A DNA stretch of 64,000 nt from the human T2T-CHM13v2.0 reference genome, Homo sapiens. The stretch is from assembly GCF_009914755.1 (NCBI RefSeq), contig NC_060930.1; one strand, given 5' to 3'. The notes below the pieces were generated by a model that ran no database searches, was not told the origin of the DNA, and was given only the letters and a program-made list of their open reading frames with translations. Positions 43,328 to 56,421 of this stretch are shown here, piece by piece. Each line of letters begins with the position of its first letter. Positions within the stretch are counted from its first letter, which is position 1. A program made the position numbers and the translations under genes.

Positions 43328-45887
43328 GAAAATTCAGCTCACTATTCCTCTGCCATCTTTTAGAAACTAATGAAAAATAGTTTATTATAGAACTTCCTCT
43401 TTGGATTAAAAAAACTATAATAACGTCAGAGAGGAACATCAGCTTATGATTTAGCCATTTCTCCTTGCTATGCAGATAATGTCCCATTTTCTATACGCAT
43501 TAGAAATTTTTTTCAAAAAAGAAGCACTCCTTAGATTGTCAGTAATCTTCATCTTCCTTTTTTTTTCATTTGCAGGTAGTTAGCCTGAGAGCATCTGTGA
43601 CAGCCTAAGTGGTGGCCCCCATGACCCTGCTGTTTTTCTTCTCTATTCTGTTGCTAATAATGTTTTCTTCATCCCTGAACATCTGTCAGCTACTGATGAA
43701 GTGAATTGGCTAGAGAAAGGGCTGGACCTTGTTAATTGCATAGAAAAAACTATCAAGATGGCTGAAATCAAATGCAAAGAGGCAACATCAAACAAGACCT
43801 AAAAAAAAAAAAAAAAAAACCAGTAAACAAAAAAAACAAGCAACAGATCATATCCGGAAGCACAGTTTAAGAAGTTTTTGGTTTTTTTTTTTCCAGATAT
43901 TTCAGGTGACCCAATGCCAAAAAGCATCTCATCTTCTAGTAGTTGTGGAATCTTCTGGAAAAGAGATCCAAATCAACTGGCTTCCTTGTCCCCTCTCCAT
44001 GTGTGACACGGAGCAGCACCCACTTCCAGTGTAGCTCCCCTTTCAGGGGAGGGCTACAAAGGCTGTTTTCCTCACAAGAGTTCCTACAGCTGATGTGACT
44101 TCAGAGACTCCTGTAGACTATGGAAACAGGGTGGTGAAGCGTCTCCTGATGGAGCGCACTGCAGAAAGCAGGGTTGTCTGTGGCTGTAAATTATTTCACT
44201 CTTTGCTCTCATCCCAGAGAAACAGTGTTAGGGTAGCACCTAAATCTGCAAATCCAAGAGCCTTGCCCCTCAGATAAATGAGCGTTGCCTCTGCCTTCCT
44301 TGAAAGGAGCTGGGGCACAGGTCACTGCCACCATCCTCCTTCCTGGCTCCCTAGTCTTTTTCTTTCCCTGAATTCAGTATTTTCACCTCTCTTCTTTCTG
44401 CTTATTCTCTAGAAGCTCTTTGTCCAGTCCTGAAGCAACTGCGATGGTTTCTAGGTGATTCTGAGGGAAGGGTGACATGTCATTGTCTGGAAGTTTTGTG
44501 TAAGGCTACGGGTGGGGCAGTGAAATGGGTTAGCTCCACTGAGCATTTAATGATCTAATTAGAACTTGGATGAACCAAAATATTTTTTAAAATCATGTGG
44601 ATTGTATTAGATGGCTTCATATTTATAACTATCTGAAATGGACAAGCCTCTAACACTGAGGAAGCCTTTTGGGGTGAAAGCCGAGAAGCTGCCTTAATGC
44701 CAAGGCACACCTGAGCACAGGTAACAACAGCCAGGTGCTCTGGATGTCCACCTACGTCCCTCCAAAGATCATCACAATGCATCCCTCATGCCCCACATCA
44801 TTGCTTCAGAGGCTCAAGCTGCCTGTCATTCTTATCACCCAAACTGTCAGTCCCATATGGGTCCATACGTTTCCTAATATCAGCCAATTTCCATGCTTCC
44901 CTCTCTCCTAAGCCTTTTTTCTGTGTCCCCTGAAATTCCTGTTCATGATAAACTAACTGCCCTGTATAATCAGCCTTTTGAAAGGTTTCTCTGTCCACAC
45001 TGACTTAACTGAAACTGATCCATCTCCCTTGCAACCTTTTCAAGTGAAGGCTGCTTTTCATTTCATATTCACATCTTTCAAGGCCAGAGGTGAAGATGGT
45101 TGTCCCTTGGCTCCTTAACGACGCCCCCAAATGCTTGGGTTCCTCTCCCTTGCAAAACCCACCACTCCTTTGAGACCCATGCTTCACCCTCACCTCCTCA
45201 CTGCTGCCCCCTGATCTCCTGGATGCAGCCCCTCATTCTTGAAGACTGTAGCTTCAGGCTGTTCTCACCTTTTCTCCGATTCTTGTCATCATTCTGGAGA
45301 CTTGAACTCCTGTATGAATAAGCCACCATCAATCTATTCTTTCTGTTTTACCTTCTCATTCTGCTGACCTTTTTCTCATCCTTCTATTCGCACGGTCCAT
45401 CCCCAGGCTCTGTCATCCTGAGAAACTGTACCACCTCTGAAATCCCAATTCCAAATATGTCTCTTTCTGATGATCACCTCTTATCTTTCCAAATCTCTTG
45501 CTAAAGTATGAACATTGCTTAAATTCTTCAACTTCATCAAGACGTCTAATTAATTGGCCCCATATTTCCTCTCCAGCCATGGGCCTCTCCAGGCCCACCT
45601 TCCTTCCTGGTCTGACAGCTTCTGTCATCTACCACCAGAAGCATTGCCTGGAAAACACAGATTTCCGTGGTCTTCTTTATCTGATGGCAAAATTCCACGC
45701 CTGGAAAACATCACCTCCACCTTCCCTGGGCGTGTAGCCCTGCAGCTGGACACAATGGCACGATGACTTTCTCTTAAATAATGGACCACAAACTTCAAAT
45801 GGGCATTTACAACTTCCTCAAGATTGTATTGTGTTTCTCCAGTGACATGTTCTCTCTTCTTTCTTCCCCTCAACCCGCCGAAAAAAG

Positions 45888-46097
45888 GGGTGAAATAAAA
45901 AAGATGAAATGAGGATAGTTACAAAAGCATAGGAGATAGAAGTTTTCACATAGCAAGGGTAAGAAATATTTTTATAAATGTTGGTAATAGTTATGATAAT
46001 TAGTAGAATTAGGATAACAGTGAAGTAGTTATAGAAGAAAATGAATTTATTACTTTTATCTGGAGTTGCACCAATTTTTTGGTTCCTAAGACCAATG
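45888..46097 (-). pseudogene. Ancient NUMT: 3' part of mitochondrial tRNA-Leu(CUN) (46051-46097) directly followed by the 5' end of ND5 (45888-46050)
   Basis: - strand cattggtcttaggaaccaaaaaattggtgcaactccagataaaagta|ATAAATTCATTTTCTTCT... Mitochondrial-code translation with one frameshift: MNSFSSMTTSLL/ILILLIIMTITNIYKNISYPCYVKTSISYAFVTILISSFLF. Gene order matches vertebrate mtDNA. Confidence 0.88.
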
Positions 46098-46762
46098 TAG
46101 GTAGGACCTGCCTCTCTCCAGCCATCCATACTTTATATTTCACTGAGGAGAGAGGAATCATGGCTGATGTCCTGATGTGCTCAACAGATGTTTCCTAAGC
46201 ACACTCTAAGTGTCAAGTACTCTTCTATGTGGAAGACGCAGCAGTGAAAAATGACATCTTCCTTCGTGGAGCCATCATACTGCATCTCTCCTCTTCACAT
46301 CCCTGCAACTATGAACACACCTGCACCTGCACTCACCCTCTCCAGCCCCTCTCACAACACAAAAAGTGGCCTTCCTCCTGTTAGGGGCCGATTCCTCCCT
46401 CTCTGCTGGATCTGAGCCCTTCTTGCCTTCCAAAGTACTTCCCTTCTTCAGTTCTTGGATCTCTCTCTCAAATTACCGGTAATTCATCTCTGTGGAATCC
46501 TTCCTGTGAGTGTAAAACAAGTTCTGGCCCTTCGATCTTTAAAGAACTGTCTTGTGGTTGCTGCATTTCTCTTTCTCTTCATAGCAAACCCTCTAGAAGG
46601 AATTATCCTCCCCTTCTGTTCACTCTTCATCCCATAAAACTCTGGCTCCTGTCTTTACGCATCCCCCAAAACTGCTCATTATGGTCATTCGTGACTTTTG
46701 CCACAGTGTCACAGGCGAAGGACGCTCCCTGACCTCATCTTCTGCAAACTCTCAGTAGCATT

Positions 46763-47092
46763 CAACACAAATCACCATTCCTCCTCTGGAAGGCCCGCCT
46801 TCTCAGCTTCCCCAACACCATAAATCAGCATTCCTCCTCTGGAAGCCCCACCTTCTCAGCTTCCCAAACACCATAAATCAGCATTCCTCCTCTGGAAGCC
46901 CCGCCTTCTTGGCTTCCCCAACACCATAAATCAGCATTTCTCCTCTGGAAGGCCTGCCTTCTCGGCTTCCTCAACACCATAAATCGCCATTCTCCTCTGG
47001 AGGACCCGCCTTCTTGGCTTCCTCAACACCACAAATTGCCATTCCTCCTCCGGAAGGCCCGCCTTCTTGCCTTCTCAGCTTCCTCAACACCA
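46763..47092. repeat. Minisatellite, about 53-bp unit x 6
   Basis: Units start at 46763, 46813, 46866, 46919, 46972 and 47024 (caacaccataaatcagcattcctcctctggaagccccgccttctcagcttccc). Confidence 0.95.
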
Positions 47093-50000
47093 TATGGCCC
47101 TGGATTGTCTTCTACTTTCCTTGAGGTTCCTTCTTGGTCTCCTTTGTTGGTTGCTGCTCTTTACCCAATTTCCAAACACTGGTGTTCCTTACGGTTCATC
47201 CAATCACGGTCTCTCCTTTCTTGGCTTCTTCTGAGAATCCCCATGGGTTTAAAATTTCCTCTACATGCTGGTAATTCCAAAGTTATCTCTCCATCTCGGA
47301 CCTCAGGTCTCACTGTCCTCCAAGCTCTCACTCACACATCCAAGTCCCGACTTATCTCCTTCTCCATGCTTCAGGCATAGCAAATGTGTTCAGAATTGAA
47401 GCTCAGATCCCATGCCTCTGATCTCACCTGCCCCATTTTGCTCATCTCAGTCAAATAGAACTTTCAAACTCCTTCCTTTCCCTGACCCACAGCCAGTCAG
47501 TCACCAAGTCCTTGAATTCTGCCTCTCAAGATTCACTTCTTTTTGTCTCCGCTGCCAACTGTCTTAATCCAGAGCCTCTCCATATTGCAACAAGATTGAC
47601 ATACTCAAAATGTAATTTGGATAATGCTAACCCCTTGCTTAAACCTTCAAGGATTTCCCACTAAACTCAGAACAAAACCCATATGCTTAACCCTGGTGTC
47701 CTTGGTCCAGGTGGCCTTCATCTTTTGGCACTGTCCTTCCTGCTCAGTATTTTCCAGCCACCTTGGTTTAATTTAGTGTCTTGAATAAAGCAAGCTCTTC
47801 ACCTCCTTGGGGGCACTGGATGTGTGCTTTCCTCTGCTTGGGATGCTCTTCTGCCCACTCCCATAATGCTAGCTCCTTCAATAGCTGGTGTCCCCTCAAC
47901 GCTTAGTCTCAGGGCTCCTCAACTACCCCTCATCTAAAGTAGGTGACATCCCTATTTGTTTTCATCCTAGCATCAATTATGATCAGTAACTGTGACTTCC
48001 TCATTTACTATTTTATCCAACACTAGCACAATAATAGTACAAGAAAGTATTCAATACATTTTTGTTGAATGGATAAAGGTTATTTCCATAAAATTTCAGT
48101 GATTAAACCTAAGGTGGAGGAAGCTGGTATAAATGGAGGTACTTCTGAAATGCAATTGGTTCAAAGGCCCTACAAACCTATTGACTCCAGACATCATACC
48201 TGATTTCTGAAGGGCTCACCTGGAACTGCAGAGTGACTTTAGTTTCCTACAATGTGATAATGTCTTTGCCAAAGAATTTGGACTAGGGGGAAGGAGTGTT
48301 GAAAGGTGCTATATGAATATGAATTGTGAACACAAATCAGAGAAGGGGCTAAGAAGCTAATATAAATGTATTATTTTAAGGAGTTTATTTTTATTTTGGG
48401 AAGGCAGTGATACATAGTGTTTAATTTTTAATCCAAATCTAAAAAATCAAGATACCTACTAAAGATCAACGAAAACAGAAAGGAACCACATACAAAGAAA
48501 TTAGAGGTCTGCTGTGGGTCTCTGCCATACAGTAATGAATTAGTAATTAACCAGCATTTTTGTAGGTTTTATCAACTCACTTTCTAAGTGAGTATTACGC
48601 TTACTTTACTGTCTATTTTGTTGCCACTATGTAAAGCTGGAATATAAACAGCATTTAAAATCAGAGGAATTTTAGTATAGCACAATATTTGCAACTTACT
48701 TGGCAACCTATTTATTTACAAATATTCTAAGAGATGATTGAGCTTCACTCTCCCTTGTCTACAAAAAGCTAAGTTAGAGAAACAAAAATGATTTGTCCAA
48801 GGATGCTTGTAACAGACATTAATATAAACATTTTATTTTATCAAGTGATAACAGTTGCCTCAAGCATCCAGTGAGATCCCAAGAGTTTCACCAGCTCCTG
48901 GAGCAGTTGCCCCCACCGCTGGCAGGAATGCTGGGACAAGAGCTCTCTGCTTCCTCTCGGGAGCCTCATTGCCACCATCTGCCTAGAGGCCAGTAGGTCT
49001 TGTCATGAATAATCAGGATATAAACGTCCCTGACTGATATGCCCTGTTCACGACAGTCACCAAAGAATGCCTGACTCCTGTTCCATCTCTCCAGGCTGAG
49101 CCCCAAGCTCCACATCCACTCTGTGTATCCTTTTTCCTACCACATATTCCAGCTGCCCCAAACCCTGAGACCCTTCCCCCATGCTTGGGGAACTCATGGG
49201 CAATCAGCAGTAACTGCCCTATGACTGCAATCTGCTTTCTCAATGTTTTTCTTACATTCTTCCCTAACTGAAACAGGCGTGTCCCTGAGGACACTACTTC
49301 GCCTGCAGCACCCTCAAATGTTTTTGTGTCTGCAATCCCAGTACCACAAAGCATTGCTCTACAGTGTTGTAAGTAAAACATTTTCCCTTTCTCCTTCTAA
49401 AGCCCTCCAACTTTCCATTTCAACCCATCAGCCTACACCATGCACTATTTCCCCTTCTGCTGTCAGCTACTGACATCCATTTCTCTCTCTCTCTCTCATT
49501 TCTCAAATCTTCAGTTTGCAATTCTGGAAGATCTCAGCGTGCACAGGGGTGGTACTCCCAACTCTCCGACTTCCCAATTCCATGACCTCAACTTCTCTCG
49601 TCACCTTGTCCTCCATCTGAAATCAGACACACAGCCTCCCTAGGCCTCCTCTGACCTCGTCGGTGCTGACCATGCAGCTCCTCCACAAGCTCGATGTGAA
49701 GTCTTTCATTCTTTGGCCAATGCCTGTTTGTCCAGTTCAACCCTTCTAGTACTCAAATCCCGAAAATTCTTTGAGCCACTGGCATCTGTAACCAACTTTC
49801 CCTGTCCTCTCTCTCATCTGGGTTCTCTGCTTGCCCAGCTGAAATTTCATGGTCGGTCATAATCACTCCCTTAGATTCACCCTCAGCTTACACTGTTGTT
49901 GTAACACTGTAAGATGAGATCCACCCTCAGCTTCTTAGCCTCCCTCTTGTTTTTGTTACATTTTGACCGCAAAACTTCAATGCCAGTGCCTTTTCTGCAT

Positions 50001-50123
50001 CTGTGCCTACACAGATGAGTGTGTCAGAAAAACACCCAGTGGATTGACCTCACTCCAAATTCAACCATTTCCCAAGTTTATTCCCTCCTCACCCTCCTAA
50101 ATGACAATTTCATTATCCTCTCC

Positions 50124-50503
50124 TGACATGGTTTGGCTGTGTCCCCACCCAAATTCTCATCTTGAATTGTAATCCCCATAATGCCCACACGTCAAGGGCG
50201 GGACCAAGGGTGGAAGTGATTGGATCATGGGGATGATTCCCCCCATGGTGTTCTCGTGATGGTGAATGAGTCCTCACAAGATCTGATGGTTGTATAATTG
50301 GCTGGCATTTCCCCTGCTTGCACTTTTCTCTCCTGCTGCCTTTTGAAGAAGGTACCTTGCTTCCCCTTCGCCTTCCGTCATGATTGTAAGTTTCCTGAGG
50401 CCTCCCCAGTCATGTGGAACTGTGAGTCAATTAAACCTCTTTCCTTTATAAGTTACCCAGTCTCAGGCATTTACTTATAGCAATGTGAGACCAGACTAAT
50501 ACA
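50124..50503 (+). mobile_element. Solo THE1/MST (MaLR) LTR, THE1D-like
   Basis: tgacatggtttggctgtgtccccacccaaa...gattgtaagtttcctgaggcctcccc...gactaataca; perfect 5-bp TSD tctcc. Confidence 0.92.
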
Positions 50504-51155
50504 TCTCCTTTCCCTCTAAAACTCTTCCCCGATCTGTACTCTCAGCTGATGACCTAGCTTCCTGTTACACCAAGAAAAGAGAAACAACCAGCAGAGACCC
50601 TACGCAAGGTTTACCATCAAATCCAATGCTCATACGTCTGTGCCTGCATATTCTGTCTCCCCCACTGTTACCAGGCGGAACTGGCCACTCTCTTGTCCAA
50701 GCCCATGCCTACATCCAAGGACACTGCTCCTGAATTCTCCCTTCCCCCTTCTGCATCATCAGTCTCCCAATTCCTCTACTGAATCATTACCATCAGTACA
50801 TAGACATGCTGCAATTTTTCCCATTAAGAAGGTCATTTTCTTATCTCCATCCCTCAGCTACCTCATTTCTTTGCTTTCCTCTTCAGCTAAGTTCCCAGTT
50901 GCCAAAATTAAAATGTATGTATTTGCAGTCTCCCACTCTTTGGTTCACCTCTCACATGAATCCATTCGAGGCAGGCTTTCCCCTCACTGCCCATGGTCAA
51001 GGTTACCAAGGACCTCCACATTGTGGAGTCCAGTGCTCATTTCTCATCCTTGTCCTTCTTGCTGAGCATAGGACACAGATCATGATTCCTCCTCCTAAAG
51101 ATGCCTTCTTCCTTTGGCTCCCAGGTCATGATACCTGCCTGGATTTTTTCCCACC

Positions 51156-51459
51156 TTATTATCATTATTATTTTTCTGAGACAGAGTCTCACTCTGTCAC
51201 CCAGGCTGGAGTGCATTGGCACGATATTGGCTCACTGCAACCTCCGCCTCCCAGGCTCAAGCAATTCTCCTGCCTCAGCCTCCTGAGTAGCTGAGATTAC
51301 AGGCGCCCGCCACCACACCCAGCTAACTTCTGTATTTTTAGTAGAGACAGGGTTTCGCCATGTTGGTCAGGCTGGTCTCAGACTCCTGACCTCAGGTGAT
51401 CCATTCGCCTTAGCCTCCCAAAGATGTGGGATTACAGGTGTGAGCTGCCACGCCTGGCC
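51156..51459 (-). mobile_element. AluS-like
   Basis: Full reverse dimer ending cgcctggcc. Confidence 0.95.
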
Positions 51460-51582
51460 TCCTCCCACTTTATTATTGCAACCCTATCTCATGCAATGTG
51501 GCTCCTTCCTCTTTGTTTTGCTCTGTCCTCCTCCCCTCCCCTCCACCAGTCACACTTGTTTCTGGACTATTATGAATGTTAA

Positions 51583-52106
<524 letters not shown>

Positions 52107-53071
52107 TGCTGTCCTTTTTCATTTCCTTTTTCTCCATAGCAATGATAGCCATCTAACATAATATACACTAAATGTGTTTATGTGTATACAATATGGTTTT
52201 CTCTAAGTAGAATATGGAGATTTTTCACTCCTCTATCCCTATAACCTAGGATGGTATATAGCACATGGTAGGTACTCAGTAAGTATCAGCTGAAAGAAAG
52301 AAGGAAGTGTGTGTATGTCTGCATGTGTGTGTGTGTGTTTGCGCGTGTGTTTGCGTTTTAGGAAATAGAGATCAATATTGCTCTGATGCACTATATTACC
52401 AAAACTAATCGTAGTGATATTAATTTTGATTATGGCTCAATTAAATTTCTAGGAGAATGCAAAGTGACCTGACCTTTACAAAGCAGATCTGAGGGGATGA
52501 TTACTGTTGGCTTCTTTCCTTACTAATTACCCATGGACTCTAAAACAAAAATGGAAACACTGCAAATATTGGTACAAGTTTGAAGAGAAGACTCCATTAT
52601 CTGAGCAGAATTGTCAGGGTAACAACCAGTGATTCTTGCTTTAAGAAGTCTTTAGGCTTTCACTGGGAAATGGCTGTGAGATCCAGGTGTCTTCACAAGG
52701 AGTTATGTTTGGGAGAGTCAGTTGTCAACTTTTACCTGCAATACGGGATAACTGATTTCACTTGTATTTGAATATACATTTATGCCTGCTATTCTGGAAA
52801 CTCACAATATAGAAAAATGAAGGGGATGTACTGTAATTCTCTAACTCCAGGATGTGGCAGTGATTCCAGTTTCTTATCCTCTCCTTACTAATCCTTTTGT
52901 TTTTATTCTCATATTGGAAATGGGCAGTTTTACTTTGCCACATACATACACCAAACAAAAACACACAAACCAAAAACTCATTGATGAAAGTGAGCTGCCA
53001 CATCTCCATTTGCATATTTCCTGGTCAAAGTTGGCAGAGACAATCTTTAGGAGTAAAAATAAATAACACTG

Positions 53072-53390
<319 letters not shown>

Positions 53391-54111
53391 TCAATCAGCC
53401 TTTTGCCAACTCTTTAGTGTATTTTAAGGATAACCTGACACCTAGATTTAACATACTAATACAGAGTTTGTAGTTCCATATAGGGATCAAGAAACGTATT
53501 TTTAAGCATTCCATACTATATATGTGTGTACATATATATAATATTTAGCACCCTGAATTATTTACTTAGCATATCTATTTAAATTATGACACGCCTCACT
53601 GAGCACAACACAGCATTTAAATAATCCCCTTCAAATGGTCACCCTTTGTATAGACGTCACATGTTCATACCCGTGTACAAAAGGCTGCCATGAAATACAG
53701 ATAACAAACACCCAATACAAAAACCTGGTAAAAAAAAAAAAAAAATGCTCACACATTCACCCACAGACAGCAACTTAGGAATGTCTATGACCATCGATCC
53801 CTCAGGCATAATTCATCTCTGCATTTATTTGTTTGCTCATCTGCCACTATGCAGTGCTTGCTTCCTGCTTGAGTCTTGAGATGAAATGCACTGCACTGGC
53901 AGATAGCAGATGTAGCAATTAATAACCTGTCAGGTCTGATGGATAGAAGAGGAAAAAAGTGTCCTCACACATATCTCCAGCATGGTTTTCTTCCCCATTT
54001 CAGGGCACCCAGGGTCAGGAGACATACTCGGCCTCCCTGGGGAGCCCAAACTGTCTCATTAGCGTCTATCTTTCATGACAGTCTGATGCAGCCTTTGAGA
54101 TGCTCACTCAC

Positions 54112-54173
54112 CTGCTCTTCTCCCAGAATCCTGAAGTGATGGAGCTCTTTAATCAAGGAGTTGGGACAGCCAG
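54112..54173 (-). CDS. PRKN: PRKN exon 8 (62 nt), end of RING1: (A)[20 protein letters not shown], includes C293, H302, R305
   Basis: - strand reads ttcttctttccaacag|CTGGCTGTCCCAACTCCTTGATTAAAGAGCTCCATCACTTCAGGATTCTGGGAGAAGAGCAG|gtgagt. Phase 1 start, phase 0 end. Not in the ORF track. Confidence 0.98.
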
Positions 54174-54881
54174 CTGTTGGAAAGAAGAATTAATCACAAA
54201 AACGTCATTTTCACTCTGTGTGGTTATATGTTCTTACACACAGTTATGACTATCAACTGCCAGTGTTGCCTTTTGGGAGGACACAGACGTGTACCTGAAA
54301 AACACACATCTAACCAACCACAAAAAAAGCCAAACCCTCAAAAGAGCTATGGCCGCTGCCTGGCCTCCAACCGCACCTCTTTAGAAAACAGTTGCATGTG
54401 ACTCTGGCCAGGCTTTCTCTCCCCTCTGATTATGATCTGGCCTTAGGATGTCATGCCACTCTGGTTCTTAGAAACATGTTCAGCATGTCACTGGTTCCTC
54501 ATATATAGCCAGGATTCCGCAGGGCCAGAGTAGGGGAGTTGGTGACCACAGGCTCTGACTTATTCATCATGTCCTGTTTGCTCACCATCAAGGCCAGGGG
54601 CCTGCTCATTGAGAGGTAAGAGCAAAGGTCGGGTAGCTAGACATCCATTCTTTGGGGGGCTCAGCTGGCGGTTAGTACCTTGCCTGGTTTTGTCAAGAGG
54701 CTTTGTGAAGACCTATTAGATCTTGCGTTTGAGTTTGGAAAGGGCATCTTACGGAAGGACCAAGAGAGAAGGCCCAGCAGTTCTGGTGCCTATCACTTTC
54801 TCGTTCCACCCAATCAATCCAAGCTCCTTCAGACTTTCACCTTTTCCTTCTTCAGTTGTAAAACAAAGTAAGTAAATAGGT

Positions 54882-54888
54882 AAAAAAA

Positions 54889-54922
<34 letters not shown>

Positions 54923-55153
54923 TATGCACACATACACACACAATTAAAATACGTATGTATAAAATATTATATAATTATATTTAATGTACAGATATGAGTT
55001 ATATATATTTTTATATAACTCACATATATAAATTATATATGTAAATATATAATTTTATAGAATTATATAATTAATATAAATATTGGCCTAAATATATATA
55101 TTTATATATAATAATATAACATATATAATAAATATTCTATGTAAAATAAAATA
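54882..55153. repeat. A25-(TA)9 followed by an AT-rich low-complexity island
   Basis: Read directly. Confidence 0.9.
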
Positions 55154-55592
55154 CAGTTGACCCTGGAACAACATGGGCTTGAACTTTGTGGGTCCACTTA
55201 TACACAGATTTTTTCTTCTGCCTCTGCTACCCCTGAGACAGCAGGACCAACCCTTCCCCCTCCTCCTCCTCCTCAGCCACTAGCTGTGAAGAGAATGAAG
55301 ATGAAAACCTTTATGATGATCTGCTTTCACTTAATGGATAGTTAATACATTTTCTCTTCCTGATGATTTTCTTAATAACATTTTCCTTTCTCTATCTTAC
55401 TTTAAGAATATAGTATATAATACATATGACCTATAAAATATGTGTTCATAGACTATTGATGTTATAGGAAGGGCCTCTAGTCAACAGTAGGTTATTAGTA
55501 GTTAAGTTTTGGGTGAGTCAAAAGTTCCACATAGTTTTTTGACTTCAGGGATGTTGGTGTTCCTAAGCCTCACATTGTTCGAGGCCCAAATG
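55154..55592 (+). mobile_element. Tigger2a/MER28-like DNA transposon (second copy)
   Basis: ta|cagttgaccctggaacaac ... ttgttcgaggcccaaatg|ta with TA TSD; colinear with 26767-27191. Confidence 0.85.
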
Positions 55593-55703
55593 TATAGATA
55601 TGTAAAATTTAGGCCAGTATATGCTTAATATCATTTAAAATGTGTTGCATCCCTGTCTTTTCAATAGAACTATTCCTCGATATTAGGTTGTAGTCATTTA
55701 TAC

Positions 55704-56000
55704 TATTATTTTTTTGAGTCAGGGTCTAACTCCAGGCTGGGGTGCAGTGTGTAATCATGGCTCATTGCAGCCTTGACCTCCTGGCTGAAGGTACCCTCTT
55801 GCTTCAGCTTCCTGAGTAGCTGGGACTACAGGTGTGTGCACCACCAAGCCTGGCTAAGTTTTTTATTTTTTCCTAATTTTTTGTAGAGATGGGGTCTCAC
55901 TATGCTGTCCAGGCTGGTCTCAAGCTCCTGGGCTCAAGTGACGCTCCCGCTTCAGCCTCACAAAGTGCTGGGATTATAGGCGTGAGCCACTGTAACTGGC
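55704..56000 (-). mobile_element. AluJ-like
   Basis: atcatggctcattgcagccttgacctcc...ctcctgggctcaagtg. Confidence 0.9.
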
Positions 56001-56421
56001 TTATTTATATTATTCTCTCTGGAAACAAAATTGATATAAAAACCTGTTTCTTTGAGATAAGACCTATGGATTATATAATCTGTTGAACTTCCTAGTAAGG
56101 AAACTGGATTGTATGCAGGACATATCAACTAAATTATGGAGCCATTTCTCATATTCCTCAGCATTGTGATGTGAGAGTGGTCAGAAGCCCTGAGAGTGTT
56201 TGTCTGGGGGAGGGCAGGCTGAGGAATGAGAAAACCTGTATTCACACAGGTGAAGGTGCTCATTGCGATACAGATTAGATCTGTGCATTGTTTCAGAGAG
56301 TAGGATTTAAACCAACAGAAGAAAATGGAATAAACTGCCTTATAAGACAGTAACTGCAGGTTTTTCAACACATGCTAAATGAATACTTATGTAGGATATT
56401 TTAGAGAGGAATTTTACTGGG

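Larger units (their letters stand above)
45100..48077 (+). mobile_element. Long degenerate L2 (ORF2 to 3' end) hosting the NUMT and the 53-bp minisatellite
   Basis: Pyrimidine-rich L2 body; RT-like ctcatcttctgcaaactctcagtagcattcaacac; ccccttgcttaaaccttcaagg; tail ttcaatacatttttgttgaatggat. Confidence 0.65.

Noticed and set aside
46051-46097. Functional tRNA gene
   Set aside because: The 5' acceptor strand and D-arm are missing; it is a mitochondrial-type fragment only.
45818-46129. Hydrophobic 103-aa ORF as a novel membrane micropeptide
   Set aside because: Explained by the decayed ND5 NUMT read in the nuclear code plus flanking sequence.
46763-47092. CRISPR-like array (also considered for 37063-37264)
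   Set aside because: Head-to-tail units with no unique spacers, no cas genes, and a eukaryotic intron context.
48905-48925. CTCF-like motif (tgcccccaccgctggca)
   Set aside because: Spacing does not fit the core consensus; unsupported without ChIP data.
53854-53870. gtgcttgcttcctg reading CLLP, similar to the VCLLPGM end recalled for a short parkin isoform
   Set aside because: Wrong strand. That peptide is explained by exon 7 splicing to exon 10 out of frame.
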